From the IMG/VR virus record IMGVR_UViG_2061766007_000189: DNA of 43,716 nucleotides. One strand, written 5' to 3'. Of this stretch, positions 26,485 through 38,236 are shown piece after piece; within the stretch, counting starts at the first letter, position 1; every line of letters begins with the position of its first letter. The DNA is from an uncultured virus (IMG/VR IMGVR_UViG_2061766007_000189). Its lineage: Duplodnaviria > Heunggongvirae > Uroviricota > Caudoviricetes. Position numbers and translations under genes: made by a program. The notes under the pieces were generated by a model. That model saw only the letters and a program-made list of their open reading frames with translations, was not told the origin of the DNA and did not search any database.

Positions 26485-29400
26485 TATCTCACCGCCAGTT
26501 TATCACGTCTGATTAATTCGTATAATTGGGTTGTAATCGTTTCGGAAAGGTCATTTACAGATGTATTTGCCGTGTTGTTGAAATTATCGATTTGTAATGT
26601 AAAATTGATAGTCGAACCGCTTTGAACCGTTTGAACATTTGTACCGCTTGAAATCGGATTACTTCTTAAAGTCTGCATACGGCTGTCACCGCTGGTGAGA
26701 TTTAGGCTCGGGTCTATGTCAAAGGCTGTCGGAATACTATCCTGCATATCCCTTGATACGTCCGACATCGTATCCGCAAAGCCCTCTCCTATGCCGAGTG
26801 CAAGGTTATTGCCGATGTCATCACGAAATAGTGTGGACGGCGAGTGAATGCCGAAAAAGTCTTTAATGCTGTCTGTAACAGTATTACACCAACTGAAAAT
26901 ATTATCAATCAACCAGTCTTTAGCGTTCTTAATGCCTTCCCATATACCCCCGACAAGATTTTTGCCTATATCAACCATTTTGTAAATGTGTTCTTTCAGC
27001 TTATTTGTCAAGCCCGTAACAATCTCGGGCATACGGTTTGCAAGCTTGGTTATAACATCTGGGAGTTTTTCCACAAGCGACATAAACAGCTGCATACCAA
27101 CTGTAACAATACGAGGAAACAATTCAATCAATGCTTTAACAACACCCTCAATAATTTGCGGAATGCATTCTTGTATTTCCATAATTATTGTCGGCAAATT
27201 TTCAATCAGTGCCAAAAACAAATCTACTCCGCAATCTATCAAAAGCGGCAGTGCGTCAAGTAATGCTCCGATTATCGAATCGATTATCTCGGGTAGTTTT
27301 TCAACTATGCTGTTAATGATTGTTGGTAAATCTTGGATAATAGCTGTAAGAAGCGTTACACCTGTTTCGGTAATAACAGGGAGAAATGTCGCTAAAGCTT
27401 CAACTATCGAATTAATCAAATCGGGCAGTACATCAACAATTGCTATTATAAAATTGGGTAAAGATTCCGCTAATTTTAAAATCAAATCTCCTACAGTCTG
27501 TACAATTGACGGCAAGGAGTTTGTAAGAGCGTTAATGATATTCGTTAGAAGTGTAGGTATCATTGAAATGATACTTTCAAGCAATTCGGGCAAAACATCA
27601 ACAACCGCCATAATCAGCATTGATACACCCTCTAAAAGTATCGGGAGATTTTTAAATACTACATCTACTATATTTGTGATTATTTCGGGAATCAGTTCGG
27701 TCAATATCGATATTAATTCGGGTAGTGCAGTCCTCAAAATCGAGCTGAGATTTGCAAGCAGTATTTCTGCCATATTTAAAATACCGTCAATTAATTGTGG
27801 AAGATTATTTTTAAGGTTAGTTAAAAGTCTTTTCAGTATTTTAGGAATACCATCGGTTATCGATTTGATTATTATCGGAAGATTATCCGTTACTGCTTCA
27901 ACTAAGGTTGATACACTTGATATCAAAGAGGGTATCAATGTTGACATAGTACTGTTCAGGCTGTTTAGAATTTCCGTAATCAAATCAGGCAGAGCGTTTA
28001 TAATCTCAACCGAAGCCGATACAAGAAAATCGATTATAGTGCCTGTAAAATCGCCTGCCGAACTTATCAAACTGCTTAACACATTGGGTAGTTCACTCAA
28101 AACATTATGCAGTATATTCACAACGGCGTTTAGAATGGTGCTTGTATTGCTTGTGAGTCCGTTTGCAATTGATGTTATCAGCGTCCCTGCCGAACTTGCT
28201 ATGCTTGACGAATTTTCGCTTAGAGCGTTTGCAATACTGTCAATAATCGTACTTGCTGTGTCAATAAGCGTTGGTGCAAGTTCCACAGCCTTATTTGCAA
28301 CATCTGCAATTATACCGCCTGCAACGTTCGCCGCCTCGGAGATGCCGCCGTTTTTAAAGGCTTCCGTAAGCTCTCCCAAGCTGTCGGTCGCAAACTGTAC
28401 ACCGCTACGTAAATCATCATTAAAGGTTTCGTAAAATGTAATTCCTAACCCCTCTGCCGCTGACTGCATTATTGTAATATCGCCTTGAAGGTTGTCTATC
28501 ATGGTCTTAGCTTGATTTTCGGCACTCCCTGCCGCATCTGCTAAACCGTTTTTGAAATCTTCGACTTTTTCGGGGCTTGAAGCCATCATTTTATTAAAGC
28601 CATTCAAGCCATTTGTTGTAAAAATAGTTGCTTTATAAGCGTTTGCCTGTTCTTCCGTCATTTTGGAAAGCTTTTGATTAAGCTCGTCTGTAATGGCGGT
28701 AAAATCTCGTGCTTTTCCGTTTGAATCGTAGGTGGCAACACCTAACTCGTCAAGTGCCTGCTTTGCGGCATCGGTCGGAGTATAGAGATCTGTCATTGCT
28801 CTGCTTAACATAGTCGCAGCTTGCTCACCTGTGACATTTTGCTCTGCCAACCGCAGGAGCGACAAAGTAACACCTTCGGCATCTTGACCATAGCTTTTAG
28901 CAGTTGNNNNNNNNNNTGAAGCCATCATTTTATTAAAGCCGTTCAAACCGTTCGTTGTAAAAATAGTCGCTTTATAAGCGTTTGCCTGTTCCTCGGTCAT
29001 GCCGGAAAGCTTTTTATTAAGCTCGTCCGTGATAACTGTAAAATCTCTTGCTTTGTGAGTTACTGGGTCATATGCAGATACACCTAATTCTTTCAGTGCC
29101 TTTTTTGCGGCATCAGTTGGAGTATAGAGGTCTGTCATCGCTCTGCTTAACATGGTTGCAGCTTGTTCGCCTGTAATGTTCTGCTCTGCTAATCGCAATA
29201 GCGATAGAGTTACACCTTCCGCATCCTGACTGTAGCTTTTAGCCGTTGCGGAAGCAAGCGACAATGCCGCACCAAGTCCGTTTACGTCTGTATTAGCAAG
29301 TGTAGCACCTTTAGCCATTAAATCGGCGTACTTTTGAGCGTTTGCCATTTCATCGCCAAAGCCTTTTACAGCACCGGTTGTATAGCTTGCAGCCTGTTCC

Positions 29401-29598
29401 AAGCTCAATGAACCTGCCGCCGCAAGGTTTAGAACTGTCCCGATAGCTTCCGTTTGCTGTTCTGCGTTTAGTCCTGCCATAGCAAGTATGTTTAATCCGT
29501 CTGCAGCTTGTGAAGCTGAAAACTGTGTTGTAGAACCAAGCTCTTTAGCTTTGTCGGAAAGAGATGAAATTTCATCGGTAGTCTTCCCCATAGTAGCC
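26484..29598 (-). CDS. Tape measure protein, allele A (TP901-type core plus repeat region; gapped)
   Basis: AKELGSTTQFSASQAA, amphipathic 11/22-aa repeats, FFGIHSPS motif. Confidence 0.93.
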
Positions 29599-29608
29599 NN
29601 NNNNNNNN

Positions 29609-31494
29609 TTACGTCTTATAAGATCGTACAGCGTCGTTTCAATGGTATCGTTTAGAGTGCTAAGAGATGTGCTGTTATTGTTATTAAAGTTGTCGATTTG
29701 GAGAGTGAAGTTAATTACAGGGCTGTTGTTTGTAACAGTCTGCAAAGGAGATACAGCGTTATATGTCTGCAAACGGCTGTCACCCGAATACAAGCCTAAA
29801 TCAAGCGTATCGGGCAAGCTCTGCGACATTTGCTTTTTTACATCATCCATGCTGTCTTCAAATCCCTCTCCAACGCCTAAAGCAAGGTTTACACCTATTT
29901 CATCTTCAAACAGCTTTGACGGAGAATGTATTCCAAAAAAATCTTTGATAGAATCCGTTACGGAATCACACCAATCGGAAATTTTGTCAATTATCCACTG
30001 TTTAGCGTTTGCAATGCCGCTCCAAATGCCCTCAACAAGGTTTTTACCGATTTCTTTCATTTTGTAGATATGTTCATTGAGCTTATTTGTAAGACCTGTT
30101 ACAATTTCAGGCATACGATTTGCAAGCTTTGTGATGACCTCGGGTAACTTTGTCACAAGCGACATAAACAAATCCATACCAACGGAATATATAACAGGAA
30201 ACAGCTCGATGATCGCTTTAACAATACCCTCTATGATCTGAGGTATACACTCCTCTAATTCCATCATTATAATTGGGAGATTCTCTATCAACGCAAGGAA
30301 AAGCTCTACACCGCAGTCAATCAAGAGCGGAAGTGCATCGAGCAAAGCTCCTATTATCGAATCAATTATTTCGGGAATTTTTTCTACTATGCTGTTAATA
30401 ATTGTCGGCAAGCCTTCTATTAAGGCGGTAAAAAGTGTAATTCCACATTCAACTATTTGCGGCAAAAATGTTACTGTCATGCCTACAAGTGCTGTTATTA
30501 ATTTGGGTATCATACCGCATATTAAATCAATAATTTCGGGCAGTTCGTTTAGAATTGCAGTCACCAAAGCAAATACACCTGTCAAAAGCGTGGGGATTTG
30601 GCTAAGCAAAGCAGATAATACACCTTCAATAATTATAGGCAATTTTGCTGACAGTATAGCTATAATCTGCGGCAATGCTTGTATAATGCCGTTTACAACG
30701 GTTATAACTGTTGTTATCAACTCCGGCAGAGATTTTGTAAGTAGTCCTGTTACGATCTGCATTACTGCTGTAATTGTGGTTAACAGGATTTCCGGCAACA
30801 GGGGCAGTACTGCATCTGCCAGTGAGTTTATAGAGCTAAGAATGGATCCGATCAAAACAGGCAGTTGTGTTCCTAAACTATTTCCAAGTGTTTTTATGAT
30901 ATCAGGCAAACTCTTTGCTATTGCTTTTACACCATCGGAAAGGAATTTCACAATTGAGCTTATAAAGCCGGATGCCGATTTTATGATGTTTGGAAGAATG
31001 TTAGGAAGTGTGCTTAAAACGCTGTCCATTACGTCTATGACTGCGTTTAGGATAACTCGTGTGTTGGATGTAAATGCTGTGGCAAACGATGTTACAAGCT
31101 TTCCGGCTGAATCAGCAATTGAAGCAGAATTTTCCGCAACAGCGTTTCCAATAGAGTTTACAAGAGTACTTGCGGCATTTACAAGCTTAGGAGCTTGTTC
31201 TACAGCTTTATTTGCAAGATCGGCTATAAACTCTCCGGCTGTCAATGCAGCTTCTTGAAGTCCGCCGTTTTTAAATGCGTCAGTAAGCTCGGAAATACCG
31301 GATGTTGCGAATTGTACAGCGTTACGCAGATCATTGTTAAAGGTTTTATAAAAGGTAATGCCCAAACCCTCGGCGGCAGATTGTAAAATGGTTATATCGC
31401 CTTGAAGGTTGTCTATCATGGTCTTAGCTTGATTTTCGGCACTTCCTGCCGCATCTGCTAAACCGTTTTTGAAAGCTTCGACTTTTTCGGGGCT
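29609..31494 (-). CDS. Tape measure protein, allele B (3' two-thirds)
   Basis: Parallel to allele A from SPEKVE to LYDLIRR. Confidence 0.9.
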
Positions 31495-31512
31495 NNNNNN
31501 NNNNNNNNNNNN

Positions 31513-32068
31513 CAAAATCGGAACCGACAGTTGCAGCAGCTTTAATGCCTTTTACCGCCGCTTCCCCTGCTGCTTTTGCCATACCGATTATTGCTTCCCC
31601 TGCTTTTGCAGCTATGTCAGCTAATCCCTCAAGAGCCTTGCTGTATTTTTTTGTTTCCTTTTCAGCTTCTTCTGTTTCTTCCTCTGTTTCTTCTGTTGTT
31701 TCGTTTAATTCTTCTTGTTCGTTCCGAAGATTTTCCAGCCGATTTTCTGTCTCTAACAAAACTCTTTGGAAAGCTCTGTAAGCCTCCGCACCTATATTAC
31801 CGTTTTTGTACTGCTGTTCAACCTGTGACTGAACACTTTTCAATGTTTGCAGCTTTGCAGACGTGTTTCTGACCTGTTCTGCAAGTATCTGCTGCTTTTG
31901 TGCCAGCAATGTAGTATTAGTCGGGTCAAGCTTTAATCCTCGTTCTACTTCTCTCAACTCGGAATTAAGCTGATTTGACTTCTTGTTTACATCTGCCAAA
32001 GCTTTTTGGAGTCCGACTGTATCGCCGCCGATAGCAACGGTAATTCCTTTGATTTTATCTTTCGCCAC
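31513..32068 (-). CDS. Tape measure protein N-terminus
   Basis: IKGITVAIGGDTVGLQKAL...LKLDPTNT.LL.QKQ; GGAGGTG RBS, GTG start. Confidence 0.9.
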
Positions 32069-32072
32069 TCTC

Positions 32073-32375
32073 TCACCTCCACTCGCTCAGCTGCTGTTTA
32101 AACTTATCGTACTTTTCCTTAGATATCAAGCCCTTTTTGAATCTCTCATCAATCTTAGGCTCTAACTCTTTAAGTTGCTTATATCGCTGTTCATCGCTGT
32201 ATCGGCTCTCATTTTTCTTCATAGACATATTTTTTACTGTGATAAAGTCAATAATAGTGCCGATATTCCAGTTGTCGATATCCTCGGCGGTAAGTCCTGC
32301 GTTCCTGCATAAAAGGACGAATTCTACCGCTGTCATGGGTTCGCCCTTTGTCTTACCGCCTTTTATGCGTTTTTT
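32073..32375 (-). CDS. Tail assembly chaperone, -1 frameshift extension (gpT-like)
   Basis: -1 frame open across the chaperone stop; slippery A AAA AAC at 32375-32369. Confidence 0.7.
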   Translation of the reverse strand, partial: KKRIKGGKTKGEPMTAVEFVLLCRNAGLTAEDIDNWNIGTIIDFITVKNMSMKKNESRYSDEQRYKQLKELEPKIDERFKKGLISKEKYDKFKQQLSEWR

Positions 32376-32683
32376 TGAAGTGTTTTTAAAGCTTTTGCCG
32401 TAAGCTCGGAAAGCTCGCTCCATACTTCAAGAATGTCTATTTCCTCAAAGCTGTCGTACCATGTCTGAGGGTCGGGTATACGTTCGTTTGCCGTCTTTGC
32501 AAATGCCCATATCATGTTTTCAATAACACCAAAATTTACCTTTTTGGGGTCGTTCTGTGCTTCGTTGAGTGCCGCCATATCTGCAAAGAATTCAGAATTG
32601 AACTGATTACGATATCTCATAAGAGTACCGCCAGTGTGCTGAAACTTGATCTGTCTGCCGTCAATAGTCAATGTCTTTTCCAT
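32363..32683 (-). CDS. Tail assembly chaperone (gpG-like)
   Basis: MEKTLTIDG...RYRNQF...WAFAKTA...IPDP..WYDSF; between tail tube and TMP. Confidence 0.85.
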   Translation of the reverse strand: MEKTLTIDGRQIKFQHTGGTLMRYRNQFNSEFFADMAALNEAQNDPKKVNFGVIENMIWAFAKTANERIPDPQTWYDSFEEIDILEVWSELSELTAKALKTLQKNA

Positions 32684-32698
32684 AGTTCATACACTCCT

Positions 32699-33607
32699 TT
32701 AAGGTGTTGTTGCAATAATAGGCTCGGGAATAGATTCAAGCTCCGCTGTACCCGACTTTGAAAGCCTGATGTTTTTATTGTCAAGCCTTGGTCTTGCTGT
32801 GATCTTGTATACGGGGAACTGCTCGTCCCAGTTGCCCTGCTCGCTTGTCTTGCCTGTGATATCAGGTCTTGTCGTGCAAACGCAGTTGTAGAAAATCTCA
32901 GTCTTTCCCACGTCCGAAGTATCGTTATCACTGAGGATAAGGGCAAATCTCGGCTTTTCGGTATCCGTAGCTTTTTCAAGAGTTCCGTTTGTGCAGATCG
33001 TAAACCCAAGCCAGTTTTCGGCGATATCGTCTATAATGTCAATAAGCGTGAGTTCTATCTCGTAGCCCCCGTTTGCTTCTGCTTCATATACTGTCTGAGA
33101 GCTAGCGTCGATCGTTTTGACAGTGCCCTGTGCAGTAGCTTTATACTCTCTGCCACCTGCTTCTACCGCTTTAAAATATACAGGTGTTCCATAGGTTGTT
33201 GTGCTTTCTGTCATTGCCGTAANNNNNNNNNNACGTGCAGACGCAGTTGTAAAAAATCTCAGTCTTGCCCACATCTGACGTGTCGTTATCGCTGAGAATC
33301 AAAGCAAATCTCGGCTTTTCGGTATCCGTAGCCTTTTCAAGAGTTCCGTTTGTGCAGATCGTAAACCCAAGCCAGTTTTCGGCNNNNNNNNNNNNNNNNN
33401 NNNNNNNNNNNNNNNNNNNNNNNNNNNNNNNNNNNNNNTTGTCTGAGAGTTAGCGTCGATCGTTTTGACGGTGCCCTGTGCAGTAGCTTTATACTCTCTG
33501 CCGCCTGCTTCTACCGCTTCAAAATATACAGGTGTTCCATAGGTTGTTGTGCTTTCTGTCATTGCCGTAATGGGCGCATAACCCACACGCACTAAGCTTG
33601 TTTTCAT
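32699..33607 (-). CDS. Major tail (tube) protein, two overlapping allele fragments
   Basis: VGYAPIT....YGTPV...ANGGYEIEL...KPRFAL...FYNC...RP; duplicated across N. Confidence 0.88.
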
Positions 33608-33621
33608 GGTGTAACATCTCC

Positions 33622-33942
33622 TTATAGTTCAAATTTGTAATATGTGATATATACTTGTTCTTCTTTAATGTACGATTTTGATTTTTCAAATGTAGTAAAA
33701 TCATCAAGGAATATTTCCACAATGTTTTCAAATTCTTCCGTCTGATTACCCTTTGTATAAAGCTCTAACACAATAATTGTTTTGCAAAATACAGACTTTG
33801 AATCAGCTGCAATAACGTCATATTCATCATCTAAGTAAATCATATACGGAGCTGTCTGCGACTCTAAAAACACCGTATGAGCGACAGGAAACGGCAGAGT
33901 TTTCAGAGCCTTTACAAATTTAACTTTATCAAACTTTGTCAT
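33622..33942 (-). CDS. Tail terminator/completion protein
   Basis: PVAH..F....APY..Y...ELYT...Y.FEL; position before the tube gene. Confidence 0.8.
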   Translation of the reverse strand: MTKFDKVKFVKALKTLPFPVAHTVFLESQTAPYMIYLDDEYDVIAADSKSVFCKTIIVLELYTKGNQTEEFENIVEIFLDDFTTFEKSKSYIKEEQVYITYYKFEL

Positions 33943-34328
33943 TTTCCTGCCTCCTTGACCGCCTTTTCAACCTCATTCATAAACTCATCTACAACTTTTT
34001 CTTCCGCTGGTGCTATGTGCGGAATCGGCTTTACACGCTGAGTGCCGCCATTAATAGCGTGTCCAAACTCCAAAAGGTGCGTAAGCTGATAGTCTGTCGC
34101 ATTATGCACGACATACTGACTTAACGTATGAGATTTATAAACCTGTTTCACTCTCCAGCCTTTTTTATAGCTGCCTGTCTTTTTGGGGCTGCTTTGCTGA
34201 ATCTCTCTTTTTAGCTTATTCGCGCATTCCTTTGACGAAGCATTTATTTTCTCAACCAAATCATTAGAATAAGCTTCAAGTTCCTTCATGATAGCTGCTC
34301 CAATGTCAATATCACTCATTCGCGACAC
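33939..34328 (-). CDS. HK97 gp10-like neck protein
   Basis: SPKKTGSYKKGW...YQLTHLLEFGHA...PHIAPA. Confidence 0.9.
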   Translation of the reverse strand: MSRMSDIDIGAAIMKELEAYSNDLVEKINASSKECANKLKREIQQSSPKKTGSYKKGWRVKQVYKSHTLSQYVVHNATDYQLTHLLEFGHAINGGTQRVKPIPHIAPAEEKVVDEFMNEVEKAVKEAGK

Positions 34329-34632
34329 CTTCTATCTTTTTTTCAACAGTCAATTCAAGCTGCAAACCGTTTCTGTACGTCCTGATGACATGATAAAGGA
34401 CACCGCCATATAAAACAGTGTCCTCGTCATCATAGTCGTAATAATCGGCTAAAATCATCTTAAAAACAGGTTTAAATCCGTTTTGTGCAGCTGTGTAATA
34501 CTCCGTCTGAGATACGGACTTGACCTCTGCAAAAACTTCCTTAAATACGTATTCCTTGCTTTGATTCCCGTATTTATCCTCAACGATTTCGGGTTTACCA
34601 AGTGCTATAACCTCGTTATACATCTTCGTCAC
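34312..34632 (-). CDS. Head closure (stopper) protein
   Basis: DKYGNQ...VFAEVKSVSQTEYYTAAQNGFKP...Y.VIRTY...ELT. Confidence 0.88.
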   Translation of the reverse strand: MTKMYNEVIALGKPEIVEDKYGNQSKEYVFKEVFAEVKSVSQTEYYTAAQNGFKPVFKMILADYYDYDDEDTVLYGGVLYHVIRTYRNGLQLELTVEKKIEGVANE

Positions 34633-34909
34633 CCTCTCTGTAATTACCGCTTAGACTTAACGTATCTCTCAGCTTTTCATATTGTTTTTTGTACTGTTCG
34701 CCTTTGTTCAAAAAGTCGTACTGAGCCATACAATATATTTTTACAGCGGCAAGCAAAAGCGGCACTTCCACAACGTTTTCCGTATCATCAGGAACTGCAA
34801 TTTCCAGCCTTTTCATATCGTCAAGGCAGGCTGAGATATGCTGATTAATATCATCGTCAAGCCTATTGTGCGATATTCTCAAAGCTGTTTTAACGTCATC
34901 AATCAGCAT
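34616..34909 (-). CDS. Head-tail connector (HK97 gp6-like adaptor)
   Basis: LIDDVKTALRISH...DDDI...I.A...D; directly after the capsid gene. Confidence 0.88.
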   Translation of the reverse strand: MLIDDVKTALRISHNRLDDDINQHISACLDDMKRLEIAVPDDTENVVEVPLLLAAVKIYCMAQYDFLNKGEQYKKQYEKLRDTLSLSGNYREGDEDV

Positions 34910-34929
34910 ATCGTATCACCTCCTATAAA

Positions 34930-36117
34930 TCAGGCTGTTACAGTAAGAGTTACAAGGCTGTTCTTGTCAACAACTTTACCGTCTGTAATCATTACAGCCT
35001 TTCTGATCAGATCGTCGGTGTCGTTGTCCTCATAAACCTTCGCCGTTATCTCGTAGTTAGTGTTGAGAATATAATCCGCAAAATTGAAAATAAACGCAAC
35101 TGTCGTGTCTGCCGTTACGGTTTTTGTGTAATTCGAGATATAATCGTCAAGAATTACAACCTCACGTCCCAAAATCGAACGCTCTGGCTTGCCGGAAATA
35201 CCATAGTTAATGCGTGCGATAGGCTGACCGTTATCATCTGTCAATCCGAAAAATGCCATAAATGTTTTCTTTGTCATTGCATAAACAGCACCGTTTTCGT
35301 AAGCAGACGGCAAAGCAGATTCCATAGCAATAAGTATGTCATAAGAAAGAGCCGTGCCGCTTGCAATCTGCAAAGCCTGACCGGTAGCAGGTGTTTCAGC
35401 CAAAATACCCTTAGGTCTGTCTGTACCCGAACCGCTTATAATAGCCTGCTCCAAAGCCTTAACCATTGCATCGGCTACGTCATTGACAAACTTTGTTTCA
35501 AAGGCAGACAGCGACATGACAGACACTTCAAGCGTCATTGAAACTGCAATTTTAAGTTTGTGATAAGTAAAGGTTATTGTACCGTCTACACCGCTTTTCT
35601 GAATGGTTACACCTGCACCCTCATTCACCCATGTAGCAGTAGGCTTTACTGTGCTTGTAGGAATAGTCAGACCGCCTTTGTAATTTGTTCTCGTTACAAG
35701 ATTAAGAACCGTGCCGATATTTTCCATTTTTTCGACAATACGGTTAAGAACCGTTGTCGGAATAACAGGGCTTACATCACCTGTTGAAGTCGTGACATTC
35801 TGGAAAGCATTAGAGAAGTTGTCGGGAATAGGTGTTCTCTGTGCGACATAATTCATAAACGCTTTTCTGTATTCAAGGCTGCCGAAATCATCGGAAGGTT
35901 CTGCTTTATTTGCATAAAACTCCGCCGCCTTACTCGAAACATTACCGTTAAGAGCATTCAAATTCGCCTGAGCCGTTGCCTGTGCTTCAAAGTCTTCATC
36001 AAGCTTTTTAAGCTCCTTTTCCTTAGCGGCATAGCCTTTCATATCATTGCTGTCAATGCAAGCCTGAGCTTCATCAACAAGAGCCTTTCTTTTGTTAAGA
36101 TAAATTCCCTTTGTCAT
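34930..36117 (-). CDS. Major capsid protein (HK97 fold, N-terminal scaffold domain)
   Basis: Coiled-coil N-terminus, EYRKAFMNY, VIPTT, ATWVNEG, GSG..RPKGI, ILGREV. Confidence 0.95.
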   Translation of the reverse strand: MTKGIYLNKRKALVDEAQACIDSNDMKGYAAKEKELKKLDEDFEAQATAQANLNALNGNVSSKAAEFYANKAEPSDDFGSLEYRKAFMNYVAQRTPIPDNFSNAFQNVTTSTGDVSPVIPTTVLNRIVEKMENIGTVLNLVTRTNYKGGLTIPTSTVKPTATWVNEGAGVTIQKSGVDGTITFTYHKLKIAVSMTLEVSVMSLSAFETKFVNDVADAMVKALEQAIISGSGTDRPKGILAETPATGQALQIASGTALSYDILIAMESALPSAYENGAVYAMTKKTFMAFFGLTDDNGQPIARINYGISGKPERSILGREVVILDDYISNYTKTVTADTTVAFIFNFADYILNTNYEITAKVYEDNDTDDLIRKAVMITDGKVVDKNSLVTLTVTA

Positions 36118-36764
36118 ATTTTTACATCACCTTTCAATTTTTCTAATCTGATTTGTGCCTTAGCTTTCACTTTAGCGTTTTCAAACTGTTTACGCTGTTC
36201 ATCTGTAACAAACGAACAGTACCCATTGATAAGTACATCTCGTCCGACTACCTTATCACACAAACCTATATCAACAGCTTCCTGAGCCGTAAACCAAGTT
36301 TCCTTATCCATAAGCGGCAGGAAATCGCTTTCGGATTTTCCCGATTTATCCACATATGCCTGACACATCGCCCTATCGGCTTTGCGAAGTGTTTCCGATT
36401 CGTGCTTAAAGTCCTTGAAATTCCCCTGTGCTATGCTTGAAACGTTATGTATCATAACCATTGATGTGGTACTGATATCATTTTCGGCGGCACACATAAT
36501 CACACTGGCAGCACTAGCCGCCAATCCGACAACGTGAATTTTTACGTTATCTTTGTGTTTCTGAATAGCCGAGTAAATTTCCGTTGCGGAAAAAATATCG
36601 CCGCCGCCCGAATTGATGTAGATATCGATTTTATCATTTTCGGCATTTTCAAGAGCATTTACCACATCATTCGGGCAGGTGCTTTCATATCCGAAAAACT
36701 CGTAAATATCCTTATCATCATTCGGGATTATCGTTCCTTTGATTTGTATTTCCACTGCTGACAC
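36114..36764 (-). CDS. Prohead protease, ClpP type
   Basis: INSGGGD, GLAASAASVI, MIHN, ETWFTAQEAV..G..D. Confidence 0.94.
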   Translation of the reverse strand: MSAVEIQIKGTIIPNDDKDIYEFFGYESTCPNDVVNALENAENDKIDIYINSGGGDIFSATEIYSAIQKHKDNVKIHVVGLAASAASVIMCAAENDISTTSMVMIHNVSSIAQGNFKDFKHESETLRKADRAMCQAYVDKSGKSESDFLPLMDKETWFTAQEAVDIGLCDKVVGRDVLINGYCSFVTDEQRKQFENAKVKAKAQIRLEKLKGDVKI

Positions 36765-37926
36765 CTCCTTCGGTTGTTGGTCTTGTATCTAATCTTCTTA
36801 TTGGTTCATCTCCGCCCTCGACAGGTGCAAGATTAAATATCTCTCGCCACTCGTTAGGTGTCAATGCTCCACGGTCTACCATTTGCAGGAAATTTAGTTT
36901 TGTGCTTATAGTAGCACACGCAAGATTAGACGCTTCAAAAATAATTTTATTGCCGTAGCTGCGTTTTTTCGCAGTAAACAATTTTCGTGTATACTCATTC
37001 GCAAAATCAACGGCTATAGGCTCGATTGAGCTTTCATAAAAGCTGTTCCACTCGTCCTCGGTATAGTTGCCCTGCACGATTTTTTCCGATACTCCGAAAA
37101 GACTGTAAATTCTGTCTTTAACAGACTTCAGAATCTCAAAGTTTGGAACATAGTCTTTTGAATCAATCTGCTGTGCTTCTACTTTTGAGTCGGTAGCTGC
37201 AACACCGCCTGTTTCGCTTGTCGTGTCAAGGAAGCTTTCGGAAAATTCCTTTGCAAGCTTTTTCAAGTCATCAGTACGGATCGAAGATGTAGCCTTTAAC
37301 AGCCACCGAATAAGACTGCTATTTTTGATCGCCTTGACAATGCCGTCATCGATAGTATTATTTATTTTCAAAAGAGGTGATAAAGTCGGCATTAGGCTGT
37401 TTCCGAAAATATCATTATCATAGTAATTTATTCTCAGATGAATTATATCATCGTAGTTAAAAGTATAGCTTTTACCGTTGTCAAGCGTGAATTTTAAATA
37501 TAGCTCGCCGTTTTTGTAATCGGCTTCAACTCCCACAGCAGGAAGCGGAAACAACTCAACAGGCATACCGTTTCTGTCGCGTGTGATACTTGCAAATGCG
37601 TTGCCGTTTAGTATGAGTTGAGCCGCCATTTTTTCTTGAAATTTTTGTGCAGACATAAGCGGATTCGGATACTCCAAAAGGTATTTTATATACGGCTCAG
37701 GATTAACTTTCAAATCCTTTTGACCGTCAAAAATATGCTTTCCGTTGAGTTTGCCGATAGCCTTTACATACGGAGCAAGACAAGCTCGTACAGTGTCGCT
37801 GTCGTATATTTTGCCGTTCCAAATATAAGTGCCGTTTCCTCGCTCGGTTACAAGCTGATATTTTGTAAGTGTTTCGGACTTTTGATTTTTAAATAAGAAG
37901 CGTTTGAATATGTTCGTGTTCATCAC
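36718..37926 (-). CDS. Portal protein (HK97 family)
   Basis: LLEYPNPLMS, GNAF, DIIHLR, GALTPNEWR...L.PVEGGD. Confidence 0.95.
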   Translation of the reverse strand: MMNTNIFKRFLFKNQKSETLTKYQLVTERGNGTYIWNGKIYDSDTVRACLAPYVKAIGKLNGKHIFDGQKDLKVNPEPYIKYLLEYPNPLMSAQKFQEKMAAQLILNGNAFASITRDRNGMPVELFPLPAVGVEADYKNGELYLKFTLDNGKSYTFNYDDIIHLRINYYDNDIFGNSLMPTLSPLLKINNTIDDGIVKAIKNSSLIRWLLKATSSIRTDDLKKLAKEFSESFLDTTSETGGVAATDSKVEAQQIDSKDYVPNFEILKSVKDRIYSLFGVSEKIVQGNYTEDEWNSFYESSIEPIAVDFANEYTRKLFTAKKRSYGNKIIFEASNLACATISTKLNFLQMVDRGALTPNEWREIFNLAPVEGGDEPIRRLDTRPTTEGGVSSGNTNQRNDNPE

Positions 37927-37999
37927 CGCCTTTCATAATTAACAAAAAAGCACTGTTTTTGTTAATATGTATAATCAAACAATACTTATATTAACAACT

Positions 38000-38236
38000 T
38001 CACATTACAGCTTTTTTGTTTCTGCGAATTGATTCATACATAGCATTAGCTATGCTTTCCGTAAGCTTGTCTATATCCGCTTTTTTCTCAGTTTCAATTC
38101 TTTCAAGCTCACTAGTAAGACGGAGAATTTCTCTGCTAATAGTAATAGCATTAACAGGGTCTGCTTTGCATATTTTTTGAGTTAATTTAAGAGTTTTAAT
38201 TTGCTCTTTCAATTCATCTTTATACATAAAAATCAC
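38000..38236 (-). CDS. AT-rich hypothetical protein inserted between terL and portal
   Basis: 78-aa helical ORF, GAGGTG RBS, followed by inverted repeats at 37938-37998. Confidence 0.6.
   Translation of the reverse strand: MIFMYKDELKEQIKTLKLTQKICKADPVNAITISREILRLTSELERIETEKKADIDKLTESIANAMYESIRRNKKAVM

Noticed and set aside
26986..28434. 482-aa + strand ORF (also 30389-31258)
   Set aside because: Antisense shadow of the Ile/Leu/Ser-rich tape-measure repeats; no RBS or recognisable domain
28907..29260. Internal tandem duplication within the tape measure core
   Set aside because: The two copies are separated by a 10-N spacer and are allele variants of one segment
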